From: an uncultured delta proteobacterium
GTDB lineage: Bacteria > Desulfobacterota > Zymogenia > Zymogenales > Zymogenaceae
Length of the DNA stretch: 64,000 nucleotides
Reading direction: 5' to 3'
Assembly (NCBI GenBank): GCA_963735595.1
Contig: CAVTLK010000002.1
Location: 448,001-512,000, forward strand
This document shows positions 50,360-61,497 of this stretch, in pieces (within the stretch, counting starts at the first letter, position 1; every line of letters starts with the position of its first letter). Position numbers and translations under genes: made by a program. The notes beneath the pieces were generated by a model. That model did no database searches. It saw nothing but the letters and a program-made list of their open reading frames with translations, and was not told the origin of the DNA.

Positions 50360-51476
50360 ATGAAAAAGGTGCTGGTCCTCAACATCGGCGGCATCGGTGA
50401 CATGGTGCTGGCGACCCCGGCACTCGAATGTCTTGCGGGACGGGTCGAAGGAGGGAAGCTGGACATCCTGACGGCGGATCGTTCGGCGCCCGTGATCCAG
50501 GCGGCGCCCTTTGTCGGCCGTGTGTATACGGTTGACGTGTCGGTACTGACGGGCAGGCCCGGTTTCGGCGGGCTGATCCGGCTTTCGGCCTCGCTCCTGA
50601 CCCTGATTCGCCTCCGGATGAACCGGTACGACCTGGCCGTTGACCTGATGGCCGTGGAGAGCCCGCAGGCGGCGCGCAGGAGGAGGCTCCTCGTCGATAT
50701 GATCTCACCCGCTCGAAGGGCAGGCAGGAATACGAACGGGTGGGCCGACTATCTGGACGTGAAGGCCGGTGAGGACCTCTTGTCGGGCGTCCACGAGGCG
50801 GACCGGAAGCTGGCGGTAGTCGGAGGCCCTTTTCGGCAACGTCCCGGGGCGGGCCATGCGGGTCTATTCCACCGAAAGGGACGCCCGGACCGCGCGGGGC
50901 CTGTTCCATTCGCTTCTGAAGAAGGGTGACGACGGCGTCGCCATCCTCGTGCCGGGGGCCTGGCGTCCCACGAGACGGTGGGATATGGAGGGATTTATCA
51001 CCGTGGGTAACTACCTTGGCCGTCGTCACCGCCTTTCGGTGGCGGTTTGCGGCTCGCCGGATGAGCGGGACATCCTCGATGCCGTTGCACGGGGTATTCC
51101 GGGGGCGTCCGTCCTGATAGACGTGCCGCCGAGGGTCCTGTTTGAGACGATCGGGCGATGTGATATAATGATCACCAACGATACGGGCCCGATGCACCTG
51201 GCGGCGGCGGCCGAGAAACCGGGGATCGTCGCGATATTCGGCCCGGAAAATCCCGATCGGTACGCCCCGAGGCGCAACGAGAGGTCAGTCGTGATTTCCG
51301 ATCGGGTAGACTGTTCGCCCTGCGTCCGTTATTCCTGCCCCGATATGCGCTGCCTCGCGGGGATTGGAGCCGGACGGGTTCTGGAAGCGGTCGATAGCCT
51401 TATGACAAAAAGGGATACAAGCGGCGCCGGGCGAAACCGGCCGAGAAAAAAAGCAGGCCGTACGGAGACGCCATGA
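50360..51476 (+). CDS. Glycosyltransferase family 9 (heptosyltransferase-like); frameshift near 50830
   Basis: GGIGDMVLATP; ITNDTGPMHLAAA..AIFGPENP; CSPCVRYSCPDMRC. Confidence 0.85.
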
Positions 51477-52432
51477 ACGAGGGGATGAAGGCCGGGACGA
51501 AGACCGGGACAAAGACCGGCAAGGGGGGGGACCTCCGCGATCGGCACGCGGACCGGTCTGTTTCCGTGGTCGTGGCTACCATAGGCAGGGGGCGGCTCCT
51601 TGTGCAGACGGTCCGGGGACTCCTCGGGAACGACTATCCCTCTTTTGAGGTCATCGTCGTGGACCAGACCCCCGAGCCTGAGCCGGACGTGCTCACCTTC
51701 ATGGAACAGAACCACGGGCGCGTCAGGTATATCCACCGGACGCAACCCGGCCTGCCGGACGCCCGCAATGCCGGCGTTGCCGCAGCCCGGGGGGACGTGG
51801 TTCTGTTCGTTGACGATGACGTGACGGTCGACCGCCGCCTCATCAGCGGGCACGCCGGCGTCTACGCCGAAGGCGGGGTAGGGGGGACGGCGGGGCGGGT
51901 GCTGGCGGCCGGCGGCGCGCCCACGACGGTGGAGCGCAGGCAGTCCCATATCGCCAAGATCAGGCTCATGGGGCTTGTCATCCGGGACCATTTTGACGCC
52001 GATATACGGACGCGGGCCGACCACGTTCGGGGATGCAATATGTCGTTTCTCCGGCAAGCAATCAATGAAGCGGGCGGATTTGACGGCCGCTTCGGGGGCA
52101 GCGCGCACCTCGAAGAGACCGACCTGGCGTGCCGGGTGCGTGCAGCGGGGTACCGGCTTGTCTTCGAGCCGGCGGCATCTCTTGTCCATATCATGGAGCC
52201 GGCAGGCGGATGCCGTCCGAAAAACCCGCGTGACTGGTTCTTCTGGTACGGCCACAACTGCTGCCTCTTCTATCGAAAGAACTTCCCGTGGTGGTTCTTC
52301 CCGGTGCTCGGCGCCGCCTTTGCCGCCCGGCTCCCGTTTTCCGCGGTTAAAAACCGGCGGACGGGCGTGATCCGCTGGGGTCTGGAGGGATTCATGAAAG
52401 GGCTCGACACCTATTGGCGCGCCGCAATATGA
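51473..52432 (+). CDS. Glycosyltransferase family 2
   Basis: SVVVATIGR, ARNAG, FVDDD, GCNMSF, EETDL. Confidence 0.87.
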   Translation: MNEGMKAGTKTGTKTGKGGDLRDRHADRSVSVVVATIGRGRLLVQTVRGLLGNDYPSFEVIVVDQTPEPEPDVLTFMEQNHGRVRYIHRTQPGLPDARNAGVAAARGDVVLFVDDDVTVDRRLISGHAGVYAEGGVGGTAGRVLAAGGAPTTVERRQSHIAKIRLMGLVIRDHFDADIRTRADHVRGCNMSFLRQAINEAGGFDGRFGGSAHLEETDLACRVRAAGYRLVFEPAASLVHIMEPAGGCRPKNPRDWFFWYGHNCCLFYRKNFPWWFFPVLGAAFAARLPFSAVKNRRTGVIRWGLEGFMKGLDTYWRAAI

Positions 52433-52463
52433 CGCGCTCAACCGCTCTGACGGACGACGGCCT

Positions 52464-53120
52464 ATGATTATCAGGAGACTGATCGCCCGTATCTTTGTTG
52501 CCGCGCGCGGGAACGGCGGTTCGGACCTTTCCCGGGGGCCGCTCTCGGACCGTATCAGGGATGCGGCCGTTGCCGTACTCCTGGAGGCGGGCGGAGGGCC
52601 GGTGCTCGAGGTCGGGGTGGGTGAAGGCCTCCTGGCCCGGGAGGCGGTCGTACGGGGGGGTATGAAGAGACTCGTCGGCATGGATATTCTGTGCGAAAAC
52701 CTCAGGAGGGCGCGGGAACGGGTCAGAAGGCCGGATGCATTTGCCGTGATATGCGCACGGGGAGACCGCATCCCGTTTAAGGCGTCATCGTTTTTGAGGG
52801 TCGTCTGCATCAATACGCTGCATAATCAGGCGACCTGGTCACAGGTCGAGACGATCGTTTCCGCGGGGGCCGCGCTGGTCGGGGAGGGCGGGAGCCTCAT
52901 CCTCGATATCAGGAACGCCTGGGACCCGCTCATCGGCTCGGCCTACCGCTATTCGACGGTTTTCGACCCGTCGACGAAACGGCTGCCGGTGCGCGCCTAC
53001 CGTCTCGGGCGTATGAGGCGGCTGCTCGAGCGGTACGGGTTTCGGATTGTCAGGAAGGTCGGGATATACTATCCGTTCTGGTTTTTGCCCAGTGCCTTTG
53101 TCATCGAGGCCCGGCGATGA
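52464..53120 (+). CDS. Class I SAM-dependent methyltransferase
   Basis: VLEVGVGEG, GMDI, IPF. Confidence 0.72.
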   Translation: MIIRRLIARIFVAARGNGGSDLSRGPLSDRIRDAAVAVLLEAGGGPVLEVGVGEGLLAREAVVRGGMKRLVGMDILCENLRRARERVRRPDAFAVICARGDRIPFKASSFLRVVCINTLHNQATWSQVETIVSAGAALVGEGGSLILDIRNAWDPLIGSAYRYSTVFDPSTKRLPVRAYRLGRMRRLLERYGFRIVRKVGIYYPFWFLPSAFVIEARR

Positions 53121-54298
53121 GGCGAGTCCCCACGAACTCATTTTACGCTAATGTCCCGCGCATCGCGGCGGCTTTCGCCTCGGCCGGCGAAAACGACGTG
53201 GCCACATGTGAGGCGGCCTTCGCGCGGTACGTGGGCGTTCGGCATGCCTTCCTGGTGGGATCAGGTACCTCGGCCCTCTACGTAATCCTCAAGGCGCTGA
53301 GGACGTTTTCCACGCGCAACGAGGTGGTGCTGCCGGCCTACATGGTGCCCACGCTGACGCTGGCGATTGCCCGCGCGGGCCTGGTCGCGAGGCTCTGTGA
53401 TATCGACCGGGCGACGCTCAACATGGACCCGGGGCGGTTGGACGAGTCGGTAAATCGCAAAACGCTGGCGGTGGTGCCGGCACACCTGTTCGGCTTTCCG
53501 ATGGACCTGGGGCCCATCCGTACGGCGGCCCGCAGCGGCTCCTTTTTCGTCATAGAGGACGCGGCCCAGGCGCCGGGGGCGATTTTGAACGGCGGTCCGG
53601 TGGGGGGATTGGGAGACGTGGGCTTTTTGTCGATGTGCAAGGGCAAGATCATTTCGGCGTTCCGCGGCGGGGTAATCACGACGGACGATCCCGACATCGG
53701 AGCACTTCTTGAGCGGGAGGTGCGGTCGTTACGGGCGCCCGGCCGGCTCTTTGACCTGAGGCTCCTGGCTACCCTGACGCTGCTTGCCGGCGCGGTTCGG
53801 CCCGCGGTCTACGGGGTGCTGCTGCCCGTTATCGGCCGCTTCAAGTCGACGGCGGTCCATACCCATTTCGAGCCGACCGGGGCAACGGCCTATATCGCGC
53901 GGCTTGGGCTCGACCAGTTGGGTGCGATCCGTCGCCAGGTGGCGGCGCGGGTTATGAACGGCAGGGCGCTCCTCTCGGGGCTGGCCGGTATCGCCGGCGT
54001 CACTACGCCCAGGGTCATTGCCGGGGCGGTCCCCTCGTTCAACCACCTGCCGATAGTCGTCCACGACAAGCAGATCATTGAACGGCTCAGGGGCCTGCTC
54101 CTGGTGCGGGGGATAGACACGGCCAGAATGTGGGAGCGCCCGGTTCACCGTATCTACGATCTCGGCTATGGCGGGTCTCCCGACCCGTTTGGCGAGGCGA
54201 CGTTCGTTGCCGAGCGGCTCGTGGTCCTGCCGACCCATCCACTGGTGTCTGCGGCCGACATCCGGACAATCATTGATACAATACGCGAGGTGATGTAG
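53117..54298 (+). CDS. DegT/DnrJ/EryC1/StrS family PLP aminotransferase
   Basis: SGTSAL, HLFG, IEDAAQA, SMCKGK, VLPTHP. Confidence 0.82.
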   Translation: MRRVPTNSFYANVPRIAAAFASAGENDVATCEAAFARYVGVRHAFLVGSGTSALYVILKALRTFSTRNEVVLPAYMVPTLTLAIARAGLVARLCDIDRATLNMDPGRLDESVNRKTLAVVPAHLFGFPMDLGPIRTAARSGSFFVIEDAAQAPGAILNGGPVGGLGDVGFLSMCKGKIISAFRGGVITTDDPDIGALLEREVRSLRAPGRLFDLRLLATLTLLAGAVRPAVYGVLLPVIGRFKSTAVHTHFEPTGATAYIARLGLDQLGAIRRQVAARVMNGRALLSGLAGIAGVTTPRVIAGAVPSFNHLPIVVHDKQIIERLRGLLLVRGIDTARMWERPVHRIYDLGYGGSPDPFGEATFVAERLVVLPTHPLVSAADIRTIIDTIREVM

Positions 54299-54301
54299 GA
54301 C

Positions 54302-54481
54302 ATGTCCCGGGCAAAACGAAGGATAAAGATCTACTTTATTATATTTCTTATCCTGCTGGCGGTGGCGGTCTCATTGCCGGTCATCCTGAGGACCATTTCG
54401 GATTATTTCAAATCCGATCAGAAATATTATTATCCCCATGACCTGCAGCGCGACAAGTTCCTTAATGGACAGGAGAAGTAG
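54302..54481 (+). CDS. Small single-TM hypothetical protein (59 aa)
   Basis: MSRAKRRIKIYFIIFLILLAVAVSLPVILRTISDYFKSDQKYYYPHDLQRDKFLNGQEK. Fills the gap between neighbours exactly; below the ORF-track length cutoff. Confidence 0.6.
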   Translation: MSRAKRRIKIYFIIFLILLAVAVSLPVILRTISDYFKSDQKYYYPHDLQRDKFLNGQEK

Positions 54482-55633
54482 ATGATCTCCGTTCGCAATC
54501 TCAGGAGGAACCTGCGCAAGGCGCGGGAGTTTCCGGGATACGCCGTCCGGGCGCTTTACAAGCGGGCCCGCTCGGCGCTGTCCTACTACGTGGGCCGCGG
54601 CAGGAGCGCCCCCCCCGAAACGGTATCGATCCTGTTGGCCTACCGCTGTAACCTTCGCTGCACGATGTGCGGTCAGTGGGGGGAAGGCGGGGCGGCCCTC
54701 GGGTATACCGACGACGTCAGGCGCCAGTCGCTGACGCTCGGCGACATCAAAGCCGTCGTCGACGGCGTACGGGGCTTCAGCCCCGCCATCACGCTCTTCG
54801 GCGGAGAGCCCCTCCTTTACAAGGAGATCATCGGCGCACTCGAGATCATCAAGGGGGCGGGCCTCCGGACGAATATTGTCACCAACGGGACACTCCTTTC
54901 GCGCCACGCCCGGGACCTCGTGCGTCTTGGCCTGGACGAGGTCATCTTCTCTCTGGACGGTCCGCCCGGGGTTCACGACCGGGTAAGGAACAGGGCGGGG
55001 GTCTTCGCGGAGGCGGCCGAAGGCTTTCGGCTGCTAGCCGAAGCCAAGAAAGGGCTTAACCGCCGCCGGCCCGTGGTCAACGTCAACAGCACGATCTTCG
55101 ATTTCAATTACCGGCATATGAACGAGACCCTCGATACGGCCCGGTCGCTCGGCGCCGAGGAGGTCACGTTTCACCATTTGATCTTCATCAGCCGCAACAT
55201 GTACACCGCCCACCGGCAGCTGATGCAGTCTCTGTATGGGATGCCGGTCTGCGACTGGGAGGGATTTGTGGTCGATCGGCTCCCCGACATAGACCCCGAT
55301 ATCCTTATCGAAGCGACCAGGCAGATCACGCGCCGCGGTGCATCGGTCTACCCGAATCTCACGGAGGCCGAGGTCAGGGACTATTATACTTCTTTCGAGT
55401 TTGCCCCGAAGAGCTATGCGGCGGCGTGCATGAGCCCCTGGATGGTGGCCTACGTCTTTCCCGACGGGACGGTAAGGCCGTGCCTCAGCAACGGTGTCGT
55501 GATGGGAAACGTGAGGCAGCAGCCCTTCAGCGCGATATGGAATAACGACCGATACGTCGGGTACCGACGCGAGGTCAAGAAGAGAGGACATTTTCCGGCG
55601 TGCGTCCGCTGCACGGAGCTCTATCGCTTTTGA
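54482..55633 (+). CDS. Radical SAM protein with twitch/short SPASM domain
   Basis: YRCNLRCTMC, FGGEP, VTNG; CMSPW..PDGTVRPC..GN...PACVRC. Confidence 0.85.
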   Translation: MISVRNLRRNLRKAREFPGYAVRALYKRARSALSYYVGRGRSAPPETVSILLAYRCNLRCTMCGQWGEGGAALGYTDDVRRQSLTLGDIKAVVDGVRGFSPAITLFGGEPLLYKEIIGALEIIKGAGLRTNIVTNGTLLSRHARDLVRLGLDEVIFSLDGPPGVHDRVRNRAGVFAEAAEGFRLLAEAKKGLNRRRPVVNVNSTIFDFNYRHMNETLDTARSLGAEEVTFHHLIFISRNMYTAHRQLMQSLYGMPVCDWEGFVVDRLPDIDPDILIEATRQITRRGASVYPNLTEAEVRDYYTSFEFAPKSYAAACMSPWMVAYVFPDGTVRPCLSNGVVMGNVRQQPFSAIWNNDRYVGYRREVKKRGHFPACVRCTELYRF

Positions 55634-55649
55634 TTACCTATACCGGGCC

Positions 55650-56813
55650 ATGAAAAGACGAATCAGGATTCTGCACATCATCACACGTATGGAGGAAGGG
55701 GGGGCGCCGCGCGTGCTCCTGGACCTGCTGAGAGGGCTTGACCGTGACCGGTTCTCCCAGACGCTGGCGGCGGGTCGCGCCCCGGAGGGGACGGAACTCC
55801 TGCCCGAGGCGCGGCGACTGCCGATCGAGATACGGGAAATCACGGGGCTCACGAGGCCCATCGCCCCGGCACGGGACTTTTCGGCGATCGTCAAACTTAT
55901 CGCCTTGATAAGGGAAGAAAGGTTTGATATCATCCATACACATACTTCCAAGGCCGGGTTTCTCGGGCGGCTCGCGGCGCGGATCTCCGGTGCCAGAAGG
56001 GTGGTCTATTCGCCGCACGGCGATATCTTTTCCGGCTACTTCTCCGGCTATCAGACGGCCGTCTATAGCCTGGCGGAGCGCGCGGCCGCCGGGTGGTGCG
56101 ACAGGATCGTGACCCTGACGGATGCGGGGGCCGGCGAATACCTCGGCCGGGGTATCGGCGCCCGGCGGCAGTTTGTGACAATCCCCAACGGGGTGAACGC
56201 CGATCTGCTCTCGGGTGCGGCCGACCGCCGGGGGATGCGAAAGGAATTCGGCATTGGGGCCGAGGTTTTCGTCATCGCGTGCGTCGGCAGGCTGGTTCCG
56301 GTAAAGGGGTATGACGTGCTGGCGGCGGCGGCACCATGGATCATCGCGAAGGCCGGCGGCCGGGACGTCCGGTTTCTCGTCATCGGGGAAGGCCCGGAGC
56401 GCGGGGCGCTCGTATCCCTGACGGAGAGGCTCGGCGTGGGAGACCGGTTTTCGTTTACCGGATTCCGCAACGATGTTGCCCGGCTGCTTTCGGGCGCCGA
56501 CCTGCTGGCGATGCCGTCGCGAAACGAGGGACTGGGGATGAGCATACTGGAGGCGATGGCGTTGTCGCTGCCGGTAGTCGCGTCGCGCGTCGGGGGGATC
56601 CCCGAGGTCGTCACGGACGGCATTGACGGCATTCTCGTTTCCCCCGATGACCCGGAAGACCTGGCGCGTGCCTGTATCGGCCTTATGAACGATACCGGGC
56701 GGGCCCGGGAGATGGGCCGGGCCGGCAGGGGGAAGGTCACGGCTCGTTTCAGTGTCGGTCAGTATATCGAAAAGACGGCGCGGCTCTATCTTGATTTGAT
56801 GCAGGCGATTTGA
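55650..56813 (+). CDS. Glycosyltransferase family 4
   Basis: HTHTSKAG, VGRLVPVKG, EGLGMSILEAM. Confidence 0.88.
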   Translation: MKRRIRILHIITRMEEGGAPRVLLDLLRGLDRDRFSQTLAAGRAPEGTELLPEARRLPIEIREITGLTRPIAPARDFSAIVKLIALIREERFDIIHTHTSKAGFLGRLAARISGARRVVYSPHGDIFSGYFSGYQTAVYSLAERAAAGWCDRIVTLTDAGAGEYLGRGIGARRQFVTIPNGVNADLLSGAADRRGMRKEFGIGAEVFVIACVGRLVPVKGYDVLAAAAPWIIAKAGGRDVRFLVIGEGPERGALVSLTERLGVGDRFSFTGFRNDVARLLSGADLLAMPSRNEGLGMSILEAMALSLPVVASRVGGIPEVVTDGIDGILVSPDDPEDLARACIGLMNDTGRAREMGRAGRGKVTARFSVGQYIEKTARLYLDLMQAI

Positions 56814-56826
56814 TGGGGGAGACGGC

Positions 56827-57513
56827 GTGATCGTGGCCATCCATCAACCGCAGTACATGGCCTGGGGCGGCTATTTCCACAAGATGGACTCCGCCGACAC
56901 CTTTGTCTTTCTGGATACCGTACAATATAAGAAGAACGAGTTCCAGAACCGAAACCTGATCAAAGGCCCCCAGGGACCCCAGTGGCTTACCGTGCCGGTG
57001 CTGTATCATTTCGGCCAGGCAATCCGCGAGGTCCCGATAAACAATACAGTGCCCTGGGCGAAGAAGCACCAGGCGGCCATCGTTTCGTGTTATGGGAAGG
57101 CGCCCTACTTCGACCGCTATTTCGGCGATTTCGAGCGGCTCTATGCCGGCTCCTACACGGGGATTTCGGAGATCAACATCGCGGCAGCACGCCTCATCGG
57201 ACGGCTGCTCGGTATCCGAACTGAGCTCCTGGTAGCCTCCGAGCTTCCCCGTGTCGACGACCAGCGTGATCGACGGCTGGCCGAGATCGTCAAACTGGTG
57301 GGAGGCGATACGTATCTATCGGGGGCGGGCGGCAGGGGCTATGTCAATGAGGGTATCTTTTGCGAGGAGGGGGTGCGGCTGGTGTTTCAGGAGTTTTCGG
57401 CGCCGGTCTATCCACAGCTGTTCGGCCAGTTCGCACCAAACCTCTCCATAGTGGATCTCATTTTCAACGTGGGACCCAATGCTATTGACTGCTTGCGGGG
57501 AACAATACGATGA
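56827..57513 (+). CDS. WbqC family protein
   Basis: AIHQPQYMAWGGYFHK, FQNRN, WLTVP, YLSG, YPQ..NLSIVD. Confidence 0.88.
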   Translation: MIVAIHQPQYMAWGGYFHKMDSADTFVFLDTVQYKKNEFQNRNLIKGPQGPQWLTVPVLYHFGQAIREVPINNTVPWAKKHQAAIVSCYGKAPYFDRYFGDFERLYAGSYTGISEINIAAARLIGRLLGIRTELLVASELPRVDDQRDRRLAEIVKLVGGDTYLSGAGGRGYVNEGIFCEEGVRLVFQEFSAPVYPQLFGQFAPNLSIVDLIFNVGPNAIDCLRGTIR

Positions 57514-58124
57514 ACATTCTCGCATTAGGCGCTCATCCCGATGACATCGAGTTCGGCTGCGCCGGAACTCTGGCGAAGTACGCCAATAACGGCCACAACA
57601 TCTATCTCATGGTCATGACCAGGGGAGAGAAGGGAGGCGATGGGAACGAACGGGCGACGGAGCAGAAGAAGGCCAGGGAGATACTCATGGCCAAGAAGAT
57701 CTTCTGGGGAGGGTTCCCGGATACCTTCCCGCCCGCCCAGAAGGACCTGATCGACGCGATCGAGCGGGTCATCGAGAACGTGCAACCCAACATGACCTTC
57801 GTTAATTTCGCCGATGACACCCACCAGGACCACCGGGAGCTTGCCAGCGCCCTCAAGTCCGCGGGCAGAAACGTCAGAAACGTCATGTACTACGAGGTAC
57901 CCTCGACCCAGAACTTCACCCCGACGGTTTTCGTCGATATCGAGAAGTTCATGGACGTCAAAAAACAGGCCCTCATAGCACACCACTCCCAGATGATGAA
58001 GACCAATATCGAGGGGCTGTCGATCCTCGAGATTTCGCGCTCGCTGTCCAACTACCGCGGGATTCAGGCCCGGATCCGCTTCGCCGAGGGTTTTTATCCC
58101 GAGCGGCTGATGATAAATCTCTGA
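57510..58124 (+). CDS. PIG-L family deacetylase
   Basis: GAHPDDIE, DTHQDH, HHSQ, FAEGF. Confidence 0.88.
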   Translation: MNILALGAHPDDIEFGCAGTLAKYANNGHNIYLMVMTRGEKGGDGNERATEQKKAREILMAKKIFWGGFPDTFPPAQKDLIDAIERVIENVQPNMTFVNFADDTHQDHRELASALKSAGRNVRNVMYYEVPSTQNFTPTVFVDIEKFMDVKKQALIAHHSQMMKTNIEGLSILEISRSLSNYRGIQARIRFAEGFYPERLMINL

Positions 58125-59214
58125 TGGGACCGACGTCCGCTCACGGACCGGGACGCGCGCGCGGCCCCATCCCCCATTCCCGGCCCTCGATTACCCGGGA
58201 CGACGCCCGGGCCGTAGCGCAATCCGTGATGAGCCGGACGCTCGTCGGCGGGGGCGCCGTCTCGACCTTCGAGGCGGCCGTGGCCCGGCGGGCGGGCGCG
58301 GCCCACGGGTGCGCGGTGAGCTCCGGGACTGCGGCGCTTCACCTGGCGCTGGCGGCTCTCGGGGCAGGGCCGGGCGACGAGGTGGTCCTGCCCGCCTACG
58401 TCTGCGCGGCCCCGCTCTATGCCGTGCGGTACGCCGGCGCCAGCTCCGGTGCTTGCCGACGTTGATCCCGAGACCGGCCTCTCTTGACCCACCACATACG
58501 GGCCGTCCTTTCGAAACGAACAAAGGCTATTGTCACCGTCCACCTCTTCGGCAGGGCCGCCCCGGTGGACGATATCGTATCCCTCGGCGTCCCGGTGTTG
58601 GAGGACTGCGCGCAGTCGCTGGGCGGGGTCTACCGGGGTAAACCGCTTGGATCGTGGGGGGCGGCGTCGGCCTTCTCGTTTTACGCCACGAAGGTCATCA
58701 CGACGGGATTGGGGGGGATGGTCTGTTCGGACGACGCGGGAATTATCGGCCGGGTCAGGGACTCGATCCGGTACGATGAGCGAACCGACGATCACACCGC
58801 GTATGCCTGCGGGATGACCTCGTTTCAGGCGGCCCTCGGAACCAGCCAGATAGCGCGGATCGACGATTTCCTGAAACGGAGGCTCGCAATATACGATTTT
58901 TACCGGGAGACCTTCCTTTCGGCGGGCATAGAGCTTGCGCCGCCCGCCGGCCCGGGCGAAGACATACACTACCGGTTCGTCGTGAAGACCGACCGGGGGA
59001 CGGAAACCATAACAGCCGCCCTTGCGGAGCTGGGCATTACCGCCCGTCGGCCGGTCTTCAGGCCGCTGTTCGCCTACGAGGCAGCCGGAGAGCTGCCCGG
59101 GACCAGGCGGGCCTACGACCGGGACGTTTCGATCCCCCTGTACCCGGCGCTGACTGCCTCGCAGATGAGGCGGGTCGCCAAAGCGGTGGTCAGGGTTTTG
59201 ACGGGCGGCCATGA
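58124..59214 (+). CDS. DegT/DnrJ/EryC1/StrS family aminotransferase; frameshifted, end approximate
   Basis: IPHSRP, SSGTAALHLAL, VHLFG, EDCAQS, SFYATKVITTG, SIPLYP. Confidence 0.8.
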
Positions 59215-60344
59215 AACGGATGTTCGGCCTACCCTGGTTTATTGCCGCGCTGCTTGCCGTGGCCCTCGCGATTCCGCCGGTTCTGGGTGTTTTTCCGAGG
59301 CGGGGCAGCGATGGTTGTGGCTGATGGCCTTTTCGTGCCTTGCCTCCTTCGTCCTTGTCCCGATCGCGGCCAGGCTTGCCGTGCGCGTGGGCGTCATGGA
59401 CGTTCCGGGGGGCAGGAAGGATCACGAAGTTTCCCACCCCGCTGCTGGGGGGGCTCGCGGTCTTCTGCTCGTTTATCCTTTGCCATCTTCCTGAACGGGG
59501 TCATCACGCCCATCCTTATCACGGTGATATCGGCCTCGATGATTATCCTGTCGGTCGGCATCCTGGAAGACCGCTTCGGGCTCACGGAATGGGTCCGGCT
59601 CCTGGCACAGGCAGTGGCCTTTGTGATGGTCGCCCTGGCGGGGGTACAGCTGCACCTCTTTTACCCGACGCCGCTGGGACAGGTGCTCAATTACGCGCTG
59701 AGCTTCCTGTGGATTGTCGGGATCACCAATGCAATGAATTTTATCGACGGTATGGACGGGTTGTGCGCCGGGATTTCCATAACGATCTCCTTTTTCCTGG
59801 GAGTGATCGCTTTTCAGACCAATCAGGCGGAACTGGGCTGGCTTTCGGTCGCGATGTTCGGCGCGGTTGCGGGTTTCTTTCCGTACAACTTCAGCCCGAA
59901 ACAACCGGCGCGGATATTTCTGGGCGACGCGGGAAGCTCGTTTCTGGGCTTCGTGCTGGCCTGCCTCGCCCTCATCGGGGAATGGTCGGATAACGACCCC
60001 ATCGTCTCTTTCTCAACGCCGCTGCTGATCTTCGGCGTGCTGATATACGATATGGCCTATACGAACCTGTCTCGCGTATCGTGACCGGCAAGGTCAAGGG
60101 TCTCCGGCAGCTGCTGGCTTTTACCGGACACGACCATTTCCACCACCGCATGAGCAGCGTCCTCGGCGGCAGATGTCTGACCGTCGCGTTCCTCGTACTG
60201 GTTAACATCGTCTTCGGATTCGGCGCCCTGGCCCTGAGGGACGCCGGGTTTTTCACCGCCGTTATCCTCGTCGTCCAGGCGCTGGCCGTATTCTTGATGA
60301 TCAGCCTCGTGGAGATCGGGTGCAGGGGGAGAGACGGGCAGTGA
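59211..60344 (+). CDS. MraY/WecA-family polyprenyl-phosphate sugar-1-phosphate transferase; frameshifted
   Basis: DVPGGRK..PTPLLGG, ITNAMNFIDGMDGL, IFLGDAGS, HFHHR. Confidence 0.82.
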
Positions 60345-60403
60345 CGCGCGGCCTTCCGTTCCCGGGACCGATGGGCGGGAACCATGCGCGCCGGTAATCG
60401 GGG

Positions 60404-61403
60404 TCAGCAGATCCGGGGCAGTTCTTCGCCATAGGGCATATCAACCGCCCTGACGGACCCATAGCTGGTCTGGATCGTCACGGGGACCGGTCCCCCGGGC
60501 ACGACCGACCCGATGACCGCCGCTTCCTCTCCCCGGCGAAACCTCCCGCAGGAGTTTTACCGCGCGTTGTGCGTCCTTTTCGGCGACGATGGCGACCAGT
60601 TTCCCCTCGTTGGCGACCGTCAGGGGATCGATGCCCAGCATCTCGCAGGCCGCCGCCACCCCCCCGTTGATCGGAATCGCATCCTCAATGAGCTTTACCG
60701 TAACGCCGCCGTCCGCGGCAAGCTCCGTTAACGTGGCGGCGACCCCCCCGCGCGTCGGGTCCCGCATGACCCTTATAGCCACGCCGCCCTTAACGAGGGC
60801 CTCCACCAGGGGCCATACCGACGCCGAATCGGACACGACCTCCGTCCGGAAATCGATGCCCTCGCGTTTGCTCATGACGGCGATCCCGTGCTCGGCGATG
60901 GCTCCGCTGATGACGACCGCATCCCCGGCCGTGATCGAGCGCGGGTCTGTGGCAATCACCCGCAGGCCGACGCCCGCTGTGGTAACGAACAGGCCGTCGG
61001 CCTCTGTGCGAGCCACGACCTTCGTGTCCCCGGTAACGATGCCGACGCCGCATTCCCGCGCCGCCCGGGCGGCGGACTCGACGACTTGCCTCAACGTTTC
61101 GACCGGCAGACCCTCTTCGATGATGAGAGATAGCGCTATCGCCAGGGGGCGCGCCCCGGAGACGGCCAGGTCGTTGACCGTCCCGTGGATGGCCAGGCTC
61201 CCGATGTCGCCGCCGGGGAAAAAGAGGGGCTTGACGACGAAGGAATCGGTAGTCAGGAGGAGGTTATCGGTGCCCGGCACGGGCGCGGCGTCGGGGAGCC
61301 CTTTGGGGTTTGTCCCGAACGCCGGTACGATGACCTTCTCGATCAGCTCGCGGGTAAGGATGCCGCCGCCGCCGTGGGCCAACAGGATCTTGTCGTGCTG
61401 CAT
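60404..61403 (-). CDS. hypE: Hydrogenase maturation protein HypE; frameshift near 60535
   Basis: LAHGGGG, TTDSFVV, GTVNDLA, TGDTKVV, RDPTRGG, ANEGK; the alternate frame ends GEELPRIC. Confidence 0.92.
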
Positions 61404-61497
61404 GTACGCCTCGTTTTCGGTATGGAGGAAGATAGTACTATATCCGCAGCCGTTTTTCAAACTGAATCGCGGGTATTTTGGCCGCGGGCAAAAGGCT

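Noticed and set aside
51487..51525. 12-bp imperfect tandem repeat (KAGT-KTGT-KTGK) at the GT2 N-terminus
   Set aside because: Short low-complexity extension with no evidence of function.
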